Source: a virus
Reading direction: 5' to 3' (one strand)
Virus record (IMG/VR): IMGVR_UViG_3300042502_001710
Span: 12,966-76,965 of that record
Length of the DNA stretch: 64,000 nucleotides
Shown here: piece after piece, positions 21,394 through 30,285 of the stretch
Layout of the letters: each line of letters opens with the position of its first letter
Numbering within the stretch: the first letter of the stretch is position 1
Position numbers and translations under genes: made by a program
Notes under the pieces: generated by a model
What the model saw: only the letters and a program-made list of their open reading frames with translations
Databases searched by the model: none
What the model was told of the DNA's origin: nothing

Positions 21394-21813
21394 TTAAGCC
21401 CTCACGGCTTTCACTTCGTAGTGCAAGCCATCCATATGGATTGAAATAACTCTCAAGTTGACGCTTTCCAATTGCTGCCTAACCATGTCTGATGTTGACA
21501 TAGAGTGTATTGACCTGACTATTTCACAAGCTTCTTCTGGAGAAAGAATTCCATTCAGAAGATGCTTTGCGAAAAATCTAACGTCTGTACCTCCTAAAAC
21601 AAGTTGACCATTGAACCTGAGCTTGCTCACCAAAGCTTTGCATAGCTGCGGAAGGATTTCATTGTTGAATGAGTCCACAAGGTCGGCAGCGAGGATATTT
21701 TCACACGAGTTATCAACAAGGTGTGAAATTTCCAATGAGTTTGGAGATTCAACCTTGACAACTTCGTATCCAACAATAGCTTCCTGATCTTTTCTTACGA
21801 TTTGCACTTTCAT
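21394..21813 (-). CDS. Degenerate/minimal SAM-methyltransferase-like protein
   Basis: 'DNSCENILA...KLRFNGQLVL' resembles MTase motifs; no GxG motif I. Confidence 0.4.
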   Translation of the reverse strand: MKVQIVRKDQEAIVGYEVVKVESPNSLEISHLVDNSCENILAADLVDSFNNEILPQLCKALVSKLRFNGQLVLGGTDVRFFAKHLLNGILSPEEACEIVRSIHSMSTSDMVRQQLESVNLRVISIHMDGLHYEVKAVRA

Positions 21814-22790
21814 TTTACCACCCCGTGTACTTTGTCAAAGGTATTGTTCCATTGTTTAATAAAACGCTGTTCTGAAAACTTTTCTTCAATTGTTAGTCTT
21901 GCTTCGGCTCCCATTGTGGCAGCTAAATCTGGATCTGCAAGCAATTGCTCTGTGAATTTTCTCAATTCATTTTCGTCGTTGGACATAAATCCGTTGACAC
22001 CATTCTTAATTATATTTGGTATTTCACACGTTTCAGTCGTCACGATTGCACATCCACAAGCCATAGCCTCAAGCATAGACGTTGGCACTGGGCTCAACAC
22101 ACTAGGGTTTATATAAACCAAAGCACTTTGATAGGATTTGATCAGATCTTCTACAGATTCACTTTGCTTTGAAAGACCCTCTGTTTCACCAACAACGAGG
22201 CGTGGCAAACCCTTTGTGATTCTTTCCCATCCAGAATAATTCAACGCATAATCACGTTTGATAAAATCGTGAGCTACGGTCAAAACGCCAGATCTTTCAA
22301 TCTGACTGTCTGGCTTAAAAGCTTCAGTGTCAATAGAGTGATAAATTACATCTCCTGTCATTCCCCATTGCTTCTTGGAGTACTCTGTGATGAATACGTT
22401 GACATCACCCTTCATGGCCTGAAAGTGTTCAAGCTGCTCATTCGGCCATTGAGGCAAAGGAAGTGTGTGTTCCAAGCATAGGATTGGAATCTGTAAAGTT
22501 CTATTGATTTGCGTAGCCGTTTGGAACTGACCAAATTTACTGTTCACCAGTATAAAATCAAAAGGCACTCCGGGATACAATGAATTCTTAGGAAGCTGAT
22601 AATAATTCTTTGGCATAGGGGCATGACCGCTAAACCAATCTTTGCCTCCATCATGATTAAAAGCGTAGAAATCATGTCCAGTTTTAGCTAGTTGAGTTTG
22701 ATATCTTTCGTGAGTATTGAAAGTCAATACATTGTAAGGTGTTTCTTTTGGCTTGTTGTGTCTGTTAAAAATAGAGTGTAATTTAAGCAT
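21810..22790 (-). CDS. GT4 glycosyltransferase
   Basis: 'SIDTEAFKP', 'PTSMLEAMACGCAIV', 'NGVNGF', 'MGAEAR'. Confidence 0.85.
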   Translation of the reverse strand: MLKLHSIFNRHNKPKETPYNVLTFNTHERYQTQLAKTGHDFYAFNHDGGKDWFSGHAPMPKNYYQLPKNSLYPGVPFDFILVNSKFGQFQTATQINRTLQIPILCLEHTLPLPQWPNEQLEHFQAMKGDVNVFITEYSKKQWGMTGDVIYHSIDTEAFKPDSQIERSGVLTVAHDFIKRDYALNYSGWERITKGLPRLVVGETEGLSKQSESVEDLIKSYQSALVYINPSVLSPVPTSMLEAMACGCAIVTTETCEIPNIIKNGVNGFMSNDENELRKFTEQLLADPDLAATMGAEARLTIEEKFSEQRFIKQWNNTFDKVHGVVK

Positions 22791-23895
22791 CTAATGTCTC
22801 CTTCATTATCTTCCCAATACTTTTGATTGAAAACGCTTCTGATTTATCAAAAGCTTCTTTTTTCTTGTTGACTTTATAAACCGCTGGATTCTCTTTCCAC
22901 TCGTTGTAAAGTCTTCTCATCGTGTCTTTGATTTGTTTCTCACAAGGTTTGATGATGTAATTCTTACCATTGCTGATGTCAGGCCAAAGTTCAGAGCGAA
23001 CCGCATTGGTTTCATATACAGTGCTCACAGAGTATTTGGCTCCAGTGTAATATTCAGCGTCTGTATCTTGTAACACAATGGGGGTATTTCCAAACGCCAT
23101 AGCGTGAAACTCTTCACTAAAAAGAGATCGTTGGCTAAGGCTTGAAATATAACAGTCACAAAAAGCATGAGAATTATCTGAAGACTGAGCAAGATCGCCC
23201 TTGCTGACAATCATATCCTTTTTGTAAAAAGTAGGATTCTTCTGAAGTCCAAGGTTTGATTTTACTTTAGAAATCCTATCATCAAGACCGTTGGCATTTT
23301 CACCATTGATTTGAATCACAAGTACTGCGTCGTCAGCATGGTCAAATTCAGAATGAAAACATCTGATCACTCTTTCTATTTCTGGATTTTCTAAATTGCT
23401 GATGGTATAAAATCTAAATTTACCTTCAGACTCAATGCCTCCCTTTAACGCTGGATGATGCTTCTTGTAGACGTCTGTGTCAAAAGCAAAAGGAACCACA
23501 ACGGTTTTATCTCGAAGAACAGTATTGTCCAACGCCTGTTTTGCGAAAGGTGAAGAAACCCATATTTGATCCATTGTGTTGAGCTTTTCTACCCAGCAAG
23601 AATGATCAATGGTCACAAATTCATTTGCTAGTATTCCAATATTCTTCTTAAAATTGGAAGATGCCAACATATGATTTGGGAACAAATGCTGAATACAAAT
23701 GTCGCAATCATTGGTTTGATTTTTTTCCACGTTGAATATATCACTTGGCGTTCGATTGTCTTGAAATACAATTGATCGACACGCTACATCCACACCTGCG
23801 GACATCAAAGCTTTGATATTATTTACCGCAAACTTTCCCCAATCGCCATATTCTTTGTAGTATCCTAGGTACAGAACCTTGTTGGTCTTTATCAT
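22783..23895 (-). CDS. GT4-like glycosyltransferase, divergent
   Basis: GT-B layout; 'DCYIS...EEFHAMAFGNTPIV' lacks the canonical ExFG..E. Confidence 0.6.
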   Translation of the reverse strand: MIKTNKVLYLGYYKEYGDWGKFAVNNIKALMSAGVDVACRSIVFQDNRTPSDIFNVEKNQTNDCDICIQHLFPNHMLASSNFKKNIGILANEFVTIDHSCWVEKLNTMDQIWVSSPFAKQALDNTVLRDKTVVVPFAFDTDVYKKHHPALKGGIESEGKFRFYTISNLENPEIERVIRCFHSEFDHADDAVLVIQINGENANGLDDRISKVKSNLGLQKNPTFYKKDMIVSKGDLAQSSDNSHAFCDCYISSLSQRSLFSEEFHAMAFGNTPIVLQDTDAEYYTGAKYSVSTVYETNAVRSELWPDISNGKNYIIKPCEKQIKDTMRRLYNEWKENPAVYKVNKKKEAFDKSEAFSIKSIGKIMKETLDA

Positions 23896-23901
23896 ATCGT
23901 A

Positions 23902-24465
23902 TCAACCTTTCTTTATTACAATCATAATATCGTCATATCTATCTTTTATGTGTCTTCTGTCAAACACTTCTACTCTATCGTTTGATTTTAATGAAATAAT
24001 ATTCTTCAATAATAAAGATATTAAATCCATATTTTGAATATCTTCAATAACCATCAATCCACCGCTTTTCAACAGTGGCATATAATAATTTAGAACAAAT
24101 AACTGGTGTAAAGGAAGATGTGAGCCATCATCAATAATAATGTCAAACGGCCCTTTTGACCTAGTTAATTCTAAGGTTTTTTCACAATAGGCATCTACGC
24201 CCATAACAATATCGACATTATCATATTGATTATTCAAATCATGAAGTTCTTTCAAATCGTTTATTTCTAGCCCATGAATATGTGCCGATTTAAAATAATC
24301 AATCCACAGCTTTATAGATCCACCTAAGTTGTTGCCTATTTCAAGTAGATTTATATCGTTGTCTCTGTATGGTGCCAAAACTTCATCATATACCTCAAGA
24401 TATGAATGCGTTGTATCTTTATCGGTACAATACCTAGGAGTTGAAGACATTTCTGATAATTTCAT
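23902..24465 (-). CDS. Sugar O-methyltransferase (class I SAM)
   Basis: 'TDKDTTHSY', LLEIG, 'FDIIIDDGSH', 'GGLMVIED'. Confidence 0.8.
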   Translation of the reverse strand: MKLSEMSSTPRYCTDKDTTHSYLEVYDEVLAPYRDNDINLLEIGNNLGGSIKLWIDYFKSAHIHGLEINDLKELHDLNNQYDNVDIVMGVDAYCEKTLELTRSKGPFDIIIDDGSHLPLHQLFVLNYYMPLLKSGGLMVIEDIQNMDLISLLLKNIISLKSNDRVEVFDRRHIKDRYDDIMIVIKKG

Positions 24466-25232
24466 TAATCGACTTTCAGGTTATAGTTTTTGATAAAGTT
24501 CATGCCTGCGCTGTTAAATTCTCCGTGAAATCCAAAAGACCCATAACTAAATAAAATTCTTCTGTCAAAATTCTTATAAGGTGTAGGATGTTCCACTGAA
24601 AACTTTGCTGCAAGTTCAGGTGGAGCAAAATTTATACCAGCATTCTTCATGGCGTCATAGCTGAAAACACAAGCATTTAAATCTTCATTTTTGTGTTGCC
24701 ATCCTAGTTTCGCTGATTCTTCCACAAACTTGCGAGTTCTCAGTGAAAACCCTCCGTTGCCAACAACGTTCGGGATTTTCTCTATGCGACCAGCCACCAT
24801 ATCGCTTGCTTGTATGATATTCATAGGCCAAGGAGCACCAGTGTAGTCATAGTCAAGATATCTTTGGTCCCATTTGCTGCCGTCGATGATGGTGGAGTCG
24901 TGCTGAACATTCAAACAAAAATCATCAACAATGTATCGATTCACCTGTTGAATAAACGATTCACAAAAACCTATTCGATTCGTGTCATCATCAAACATGT
25001 TTTCGTTCAAGTTGACATTCATGTCATAGACTTCTATACCAAAAGAGTCTATCACTTTTGAGAAGATTGTCAAATCAGTTTTTGAACTATCAGTGATTAA
25101 AACTGAACGTTTAAAATTTACCTGATCCATACCAATCAGCATCGCTCTGAGAGATTTTGTTACATGCTCTGTTCCCCAGCAGAATGTAAAGATTGTAACA
25201 TCTGGTAGCTGTAGTTTATTTCCAGTATTCAT
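24465..25232 (-). CDS. DUF5672-like putative glycosyltransferase
   Basis: 'QHDS', 'YDYTGAPW', 'VGNGGFSLR', 'NED', 'FGFH'. Confidence 0.7.
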   Translation of the reverse strand: MNTGNKLQLPDVTIFTFCWGTEHVTKSLRAMLIGMDQVNFKRSVLITDSSKTDLTIFSKVIDSFGIEVYDMNVNLNENMFDDDTNRIGFCESFIQQVNRYIVDDFCLNVQHDSTIIDGSKWDQRYLDYDYTGAPWPMNIIQASDMVAGRIEKIPNVVGNGGFSLRTRKFVEESAKLGWQHKNEDLNACVFSYDAMKNAGINFAPPELAAKFSVEHPTPYKNFDRRILFSYGSFGFHGEFNSAGMNFIKNYNLKVD

Positions 25233-26232
25233 ACATTCCTTTTTGTATTTCATATTTCATGGTTTTTTGTTCACGAACAGGTTGTGTGATTGCCCACTGA
25301 AACATTTCATCTACAGTTTGTTCTAAATCTGTATTGTCGTAAAAACATAAGTTTCTATCATCTTTGATCATCGAGTGGTCACATTCCGCGTGTTTTGCTT
25401 CGTGTCTTTCTTGCACATATTTTCTTGAAGCTGTGCGTGAATACTTGCGTGCCACTTTCTCCACAATGTCTGACAACTCATTCAATGAATAAGACTTGTC
25501 GGAACCTATATTGAACGTACAACCATCGCACACAGTCATCAATTTTTCTAAGGGTTGCATACAATATTTGATGTCTGAAAAAGCCCTAGTTTGATTTCCG
25601 TCTCCGTAGATCAACATTGGCTCATCGTTTAAAACCTTGCGAATAAAGATTCCCACAACGTTTCTGTATCTGTCCCAGATATTCTGATAAATGCCAATCA
25701 CATTGTGCGGTCTGAGTATTGTGTATCTTAAACCATGTTGCACAGAGGCTATTCTGATATCTTGCTCCACAGCGTATTTGGCGACTCCGTATGGATCGAT
25801 TGGCCTTGGAGTCATATTTTCTGTAAACGGCGTTTGTTGGTCTCCGTAGACAGCCATAGAGGACGTGAAAATCAACTTAACATCGTGGTTTACGCAAGCG
25901 TTCACAACATTGACACTAGACAATATATTGTTGGTATAATTATAGTTACGAATAAACGGGGACAATCCTTCTGCTGCATATGCGGCAAAGTGATAGCAAG
26001 CCACTGGTTTTTCTCGATTGAAAATATCGTTTAGTCTTTGTGGAGCATTTTCTGCCGACAAATTCAAAAGATGAAATTCAATCTGCTCGAACGAGGTGTC
26101 TTTGGGCAAGTAGTCAACGTGCCCACCACTAAGATCATCTATGCCAATTACCCTATAACCACTTTTCAACAAATGTCTAGTAAAATGAGACCCTATCAAT
26201 CCAACACATCCCGTGATTATTACAGATTTCAT
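25216..26232 (-). CDS. NAD-dependent sugar epimerase/dehydratase (extended SDR)
   Basis: TGCVGLIG, TSSMAVYG, YGVAK, GDGNQTRAF; start MKSVIITG. Confidence 0.85.
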   Translation of the reverse strand: MKSVIITGCVGLIGSHFTRHLLKSGYRVIGIDDLSGGHVDYLPKDTSFEQIEFHLLNLSAENAPQRLNDIFNREKPVACYHFAAYAAEGLSPFIRNYNYTNNILSSVNVVNACVNHDVKLIFTSSMAVYGDQQTPFTENMTPRPIDPYGVAKYAVEQDIRIASVQHGLRYTILRPHNVIGIYQNIWDRYRNVVGIFIRKVLNDEPMLIYGDGNQTRAFSDIKYCMQPLEKLMTVCDGCTFNIGSDKSYSLNELSDIVEKVARKYSRTASRKYVQERHEAKHAECDHSMIKDDRNLCFYDNTDLEQTVDEMFQWAITQPVREQKTMKYEIQKGMYEYWK

Positions 26233-27917
26233 TGTATGGCACCTCTTTGCTGCATAACTTCTACTCTGCGTTTTTCCCACTGATTGATTTTATTTCGTCG
26301 CATAACCATTTGGTTGTAAGCTGCGTTAAAATCAAAATTATGTCTATGATTCATGCCGTCAAAAGCCTGAGAAGATTCATTGAAATACATTCCTCCGGTA
26401 GAACCAGTGGTTTGCTTGTATGTCAAGTCTCTTGTCAATCTAGATTCAAAGAATGAATTCAACATGCTTGGATCTTTCAACACGTTTGCGATCAAAAACC
26501 TAGCAAGCTTTGTTGATTCTACTTGAGCGATGGTTTCTTCGCTTGGCTTAGGGTCTGGTTCTAGAATCCTTGGTGGAGAAGCCCAAGTTTGTTCGATTGG
26601 CCTGATGGGCAAAGAGTCAAAAATATTTTCCCACTTAGATCCACTCAAGTTCCATTGAAAGTATTGTTCGAAATTAGAGCGAGTGCGTTTGCCAATTTCT
26701 GCTCGTTCTTCGTCAGTGAACTTTTCAAAGAATTCTAGAAAATATTCTGCTGCTAGATCATTGTCGGGAACTGCTCGCAAGCATCCAGTTTCCAGTTCTT
26801 TGTAGAGTGCTGCTGGTTTGATTGGATAACCTCCCAGCTTTCTTATTTCACTCTCCATCGCAGAGTAATCTGTTCCGCAAACAGGAACACCGCAAGCTGC
26901 CGCTTCAACATAAGGAAGACCAAACCCTTCACAGTTTGCATACTGAGTGTATAGATCAAATAGATTTTGGATATTTGATAGCTCTTCGTATGAAGCTCCA
27001 GTTTTAACATTCGACAATGTTGCGTTCCATCTGCCGGTGTACGGAGATTGAGCCACAGCACCCCTGAACAATGATGGAAATGGCTTTTTGGTTTCTTGAC
27101 AGATGTATGTGAACAAAACGTGTGAAGATAAATCGTTTTGTAAAAGCAATTCTGGAATATCCCATCCCAAGTCAGGATAAGATGTGTGACAATAAAGATA
27201 ATAATTCTTGCTGTTTGCTTTGTCAAGAAATTTTCGAAACGCTTCAAATAAGTCTGGGTATAATTTACGACGCTGATTGCGCATCACAGTGCCTATGATT
27301 TTATAATCAGGATTGAGACCCATAGAAATCTTGTGAATCTTTTTGTCTGCCACTGGCTTGTATGCTGGATGAGCAGAAGGTGGAGAAGAACCCCAGTATT
27401 TCATCTTGCCGCCAGATTGTTTCAGTAAAACTTCACCAGCCCAATCAGAATAGGTCAGAACGCCATTGGCTCCAGAGTATGTGGAAATCCATTGGCGAGC
27501 TTGAGGTCTAGCATCAACGGTTGGCATGATCACCCAATCAAAGAATGGGCGAAAAGGGCTACGTTCTGCAAAGTCTAGCATCCAGAAGTCTCTGATATCG
27601 CAGACAACGTCTGGCATAAAATCTAGACAAACGTGCTCAAATATAAATTCACCGAATTGGTTTGTTCCAACTTCGTGATAAGCATCCATCTCTTGCTTTG
27701 AGGCTTTTGGCTCACACTCTGTGTTTGGCTGAACACCATAATACTTCCAAGGAATATCGGCAGCTCTTGGGTCATTTCTTTGACCATAACTGGACATTTC
27801 AGCCAGCTCATATTTTCCTGTTGAATGTAAGTAATTTAAAATTTCACGAGTGTAAGTAGCGTAACCAGTGTTTAGAAAAGTGGCTTCACTACAAAACAAT
27901 ATCCTCTTTTTTCTCAT
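26229..27917 (-). CDS. Large GT4 glycosyltransferase
   Basis: 'TGYATY', 'RNQRRK', 'CEGFGLPYVEAAACGVP'; start MRKKRILF. Confidence 0.85.
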   Translation of the reverse strand: MRKKRILFCSEATFLNTGYATYTREILNYLHSTGKYELAEMSSYGQRNDPRAADIPWKYYGVQPNTECEPKASKQEMDAYHEVGTNQFGEFIFEHVCLDFMPDVVCDIRDFWMLDFAERSPFRPFFDWVIMPTVDARPQARQWISTYSGANGVLTYSDWAGEVLLKQSGGKMKYWGSSPPSAHPAYKPVADKKIHKISMGLNPDYKIIGTVMRNQRRKLYPDLFEAFRKFLDKANSKNYYLYCHTSYPDLGWDIPELLLQNDLSSHVLFTYICQETKKPFPSLFRGAVAQSPYTGRWNATLSNVKTGASYEELSNIQNLFDLYTQYANCEGFGLPYVEAAACGVPVCGTDYSAMESEIRKLGGYPIKPAALYKELETGCLRAVPDNDLAAEYFLEFFEKFTDEERAEIGKRTRSNFEQYFQWNLSGSKWENIFDSLPIRPIEQTWASPPRILEPDPKPSEETIAQVESTKLARFLIANVLKDPSMLNSFFESRLTRDLTYKQTTGSTGGMYFNESSQAFDGMNHRHNFDFNAAYNQMVMRRNKINQWEKRRVEVMQQRGAIQ

Positions 27918-27987
27918 TTTATTCCTTGCTATCTGAGCGTCCGAATCAGTAAAAAACACAGCTATCCATCTGTTCCGCTTGTGTACT

Positions 27988-28016
27988 ATAATAGTCTATT
28001 GACAATCATAATGCAA
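27988..28016 (-). promoter_or_regulatory. Sigma70-like promoter for the glycosylation cluster
   Basis: TTGCAT-17 bp-TATTAT in the intergenic gap. Confidence 0.5.
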
Positions 28017-29582
28017 TCAAATTTCATGAATTTTCTCTACAATAAATGAATTATCCTTATCAACTTCTCCGCAAAGCATAAGATTGTTTCCTTCATAAAG
28101 AATAAAATGGTATACGTCTCTGACGTCTGGAAATACGATCACACTGTCTAAACTGCATGTGGCGTCTTCTATTGTCAGAAAAGACATGACTCTTCCTTTT
28201 TGTTTGCTGTTTGCTTTATTTATCTTGTGATTGGATACACGCTGAACATTTGCTACAAGACAAATGTTTTTACCCTTTCTTCCATTCACAATGTCCTTGC
28301 ACGTAGCGTTTGCTACAGACGTATCCACAGCGTCTATCTTTGAAAGAGAAATTGGACATCCAAGCATCTTGGTTTCTTGATCGACGATCCACGCTGGATC
28401 ATCTTTCAGATCATACGGTGGATTTTTCAGCATGTTCAGTTCATTCAATATGATCTGATTGCGATTCACATTGCTTGCTCCTCCTCCATTTTTCTTGGTT
28501 GGAGCCAAATCATTGAAACATTCGTCAAGTTTTTGCCATTGTCTTTTTGCTTGATTCTCGAAGACCCATTGCACTTCGTTCTTGGTTAGTTCTTTAAAGA
28601 TCAAATATTCATAAATAGCCTGATTTCTGGTGACACCTGTGGATTTTGTCGAAAAGAAACCAATAGCACACAAAGCTTTAAATGCTGTCGAATTAATCTT
28701 TGGGGATAAATAAACGAGCACATCCAGCCAAGTGAATTCTGATGGTTGCTTTTTGATTTCATCAACTGCTTGAGCGATAGCCTGAATGACTTTGTCGCCA
28801 GTCACACCCGTCAAGCTTTTGATGTCTTTTATTCCAAAACAAATGCCGTCATTTGTAATACAGAATTTAGTGGAAAACCCACTTAGTTTAGGAATCTTTA
28901 CTTCTATATTGAATAGTTTAGCTTCATTGACCAGCTCATAGATTTCTTGATGAGGATCTTGCTTTTCATTAGCATAGAACAAGTAAGACAGGAAAAACTC
29001 TTTTGTATGATGAGCTTTGTACCAAGCTGACCAATAAGAGTCTAAGGCGTATGCTACAGCATGTGATTTATTGAAAGAATATCTGGAAGACTTTTCAATC
29101 CATCCAAAAATTTCTTTCGCCGTTTCTTCGTCTACAAGTCCTACGTTTTTACATCCAGCAATAAAATCATTTCGAATCGAGGCCATCAAATCAGCCTTCT
29201 TTTTGCCAATAGCCTTGCGAAGGTTGTCTGTTTCAGTTTCGCTGAAACCAGCTAGCTTTACTGCAATCCGCATAGCTTGTTCTTGATAAACTAAAACCCC
29301 ATAAGTTGGTTTTAAAATATCTTCAAGCGATGGATGTAGATATGAAACTTCTTCCCTGTTGTGTTTTCTGTCAACAAACCTTTGTGTCATTGACTTTCCG
29401 TCGATGATAGCCTTGGTACACCCCGGTCTCAAAAGTGCTATCAATGCAGCAAGTTCTTCTATGTTTTCCGGAGCCAATTTTTTAGACCAATTGCGACCAT
29501 GATTACTTTCTAATTGGAAAATCCCTTTTGTCAAACCGTTTTTGTATAGGCTCCAAGCCTCAGGATCATTTCTGTCGATCAT
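28017..29582 (-). CDS. dnaE: DNA polymerase III alpha, C-terminal part (fingers, HhH, OB fold)
   Basis: GIFQLES, ALLRPG, TYGVLVYQEQ, LRKAIGKK, YSFNKSHAVAY, MSFLTIED; own GAGG RBS. Confidence 0.9.
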   Translation of the reverse strand: MIDRNDPEAWSLYKNGLTKGIFQLESNHGRNWSKKLAPENIEELAALIALLRPGCTKAIIDGKSMTQRFVDRKHNREEVSYLHPSLEDILKPTYGVLVYQEQAMRIAVKLAGFSETETDNLRKAIGKKKADLMASIRNDFIAGCKNVGLVDEETAKEIFGWIEKSSRYSFNKSHAVAYALDSYWSAWYKAHHTKEFFLSYLFYANEKQDPHQEIYELVNEAKLFNIEVKIPKLSGFSTKFCITNDGICFGIKDIKSLTGVTGDKVIQAIAQAVDEIKKQPSEFTWLDVLVYLSPKINSTAFKALCAIGFFSTKSTGVTRNQAIYEYLIFKELTKNEVQWVFENQAKRQWQKLDECFNDLAPTKKNGGGASNVNRNQIILNELNMLKNPPYDLKDDPAWIVDQETKMLGCPISLSKIDAVDTSVANATCKDIVNGRKGKNICLVANVQRVSNHKINKANSKQKGRVMSFLTIEDATCSLDSVIVFPDVRDVYHFILYEGNNLMLCGEVDKDNSFIVEKIHEI

Positions 29583-29607
29583 TCAAACCTCAACATATAA
29601 TGGTTAT

Positions 29608-30285
29608 TCACACAATGAACAAATCGCCGTCAACAAAAGCGTTATCAAATTTCATGTTTCTGTATACTGCACGTCTTGACTTTTGTAATTTTATAAAAAT
29701 ATTGGCTGTATCTTTAACGTCTTGCAATGCATCGTGAGCGTTTTCAGTAGAAAGACCCATTCTTTTTCTGAGAGCGTCCATGCTGATGGATTTAACCTCT
29801 GGATCACTTTCTGTCCATAGCCAAACATCATCCATTACATCTATCTTATAGATTTGATGAAATAACTTTTGTTGCAGTCGCACTTCATCCCACGGTCCAT
29901 ATTGTTTGCACAGTCTATTCACAATGTGCATATCAAACCCATTGATGTTAAAGCCACAAGGAATAGGAGCAAAAAACGGTGTGCCTTTCCAATTGTACTT
30001 GTTCACAAAGTTTGTAAACTTTTTCCAAACAGCTTTTGGCAATGGTGCTTTGGCCAATACCTCTCGTGTCTGTCTGGTGATTTTTAACGCTTCTTCTTCT
30101 AGCGGACCCACTCCTGCTGCAATAGCAGCTTCATCGTCGATGATTGGTCTCATCAAGCTGTTGAAGGTTCCTTTTAGTTTAAAATTTCTACCATCAAGAG
30201 CTATAGCAGCTATTTGAGTTGGTTGACATGTGTGCGGGTTGCGACCACCCGTTTCAAAATCGAACACCAGAACGTCCCTAACCAT
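29608..30285 (-). CDS. DEDDh 3'-5' exonuclease (DnaQ/epsilon-like)
   Basis: ExoI DFETGG, ExoII FNINGFD, ExoIII HDALQD. Confidence 0.88.
   Translation of the reverse strand: MVRDVLVFDFETGGRNPHTCQPTQIAAIALDGRNFKLKGTFNSLMRPIIDDEAAIAAGVGPLEEEALKITRQTREVLAKAPLPKAVWKKFTNFVNKYNWKGTPFFAPIPCGFNINGFDMHIVNRLCKQYGPWDEVRLQQKLFHQIYKIDVMDDVWLWTESDPEVKSISMDALRKRMGLSTENAHDALQDVKDTANIFIKLQKSRRAVYRNMKFDNAFVDGDLFIV

Noticed and set aside
13140-27917. Bacterial O-antigen or capsule locus
   Set aside because: No wzx, wzy or wza; embedded among phage replication and virion genes
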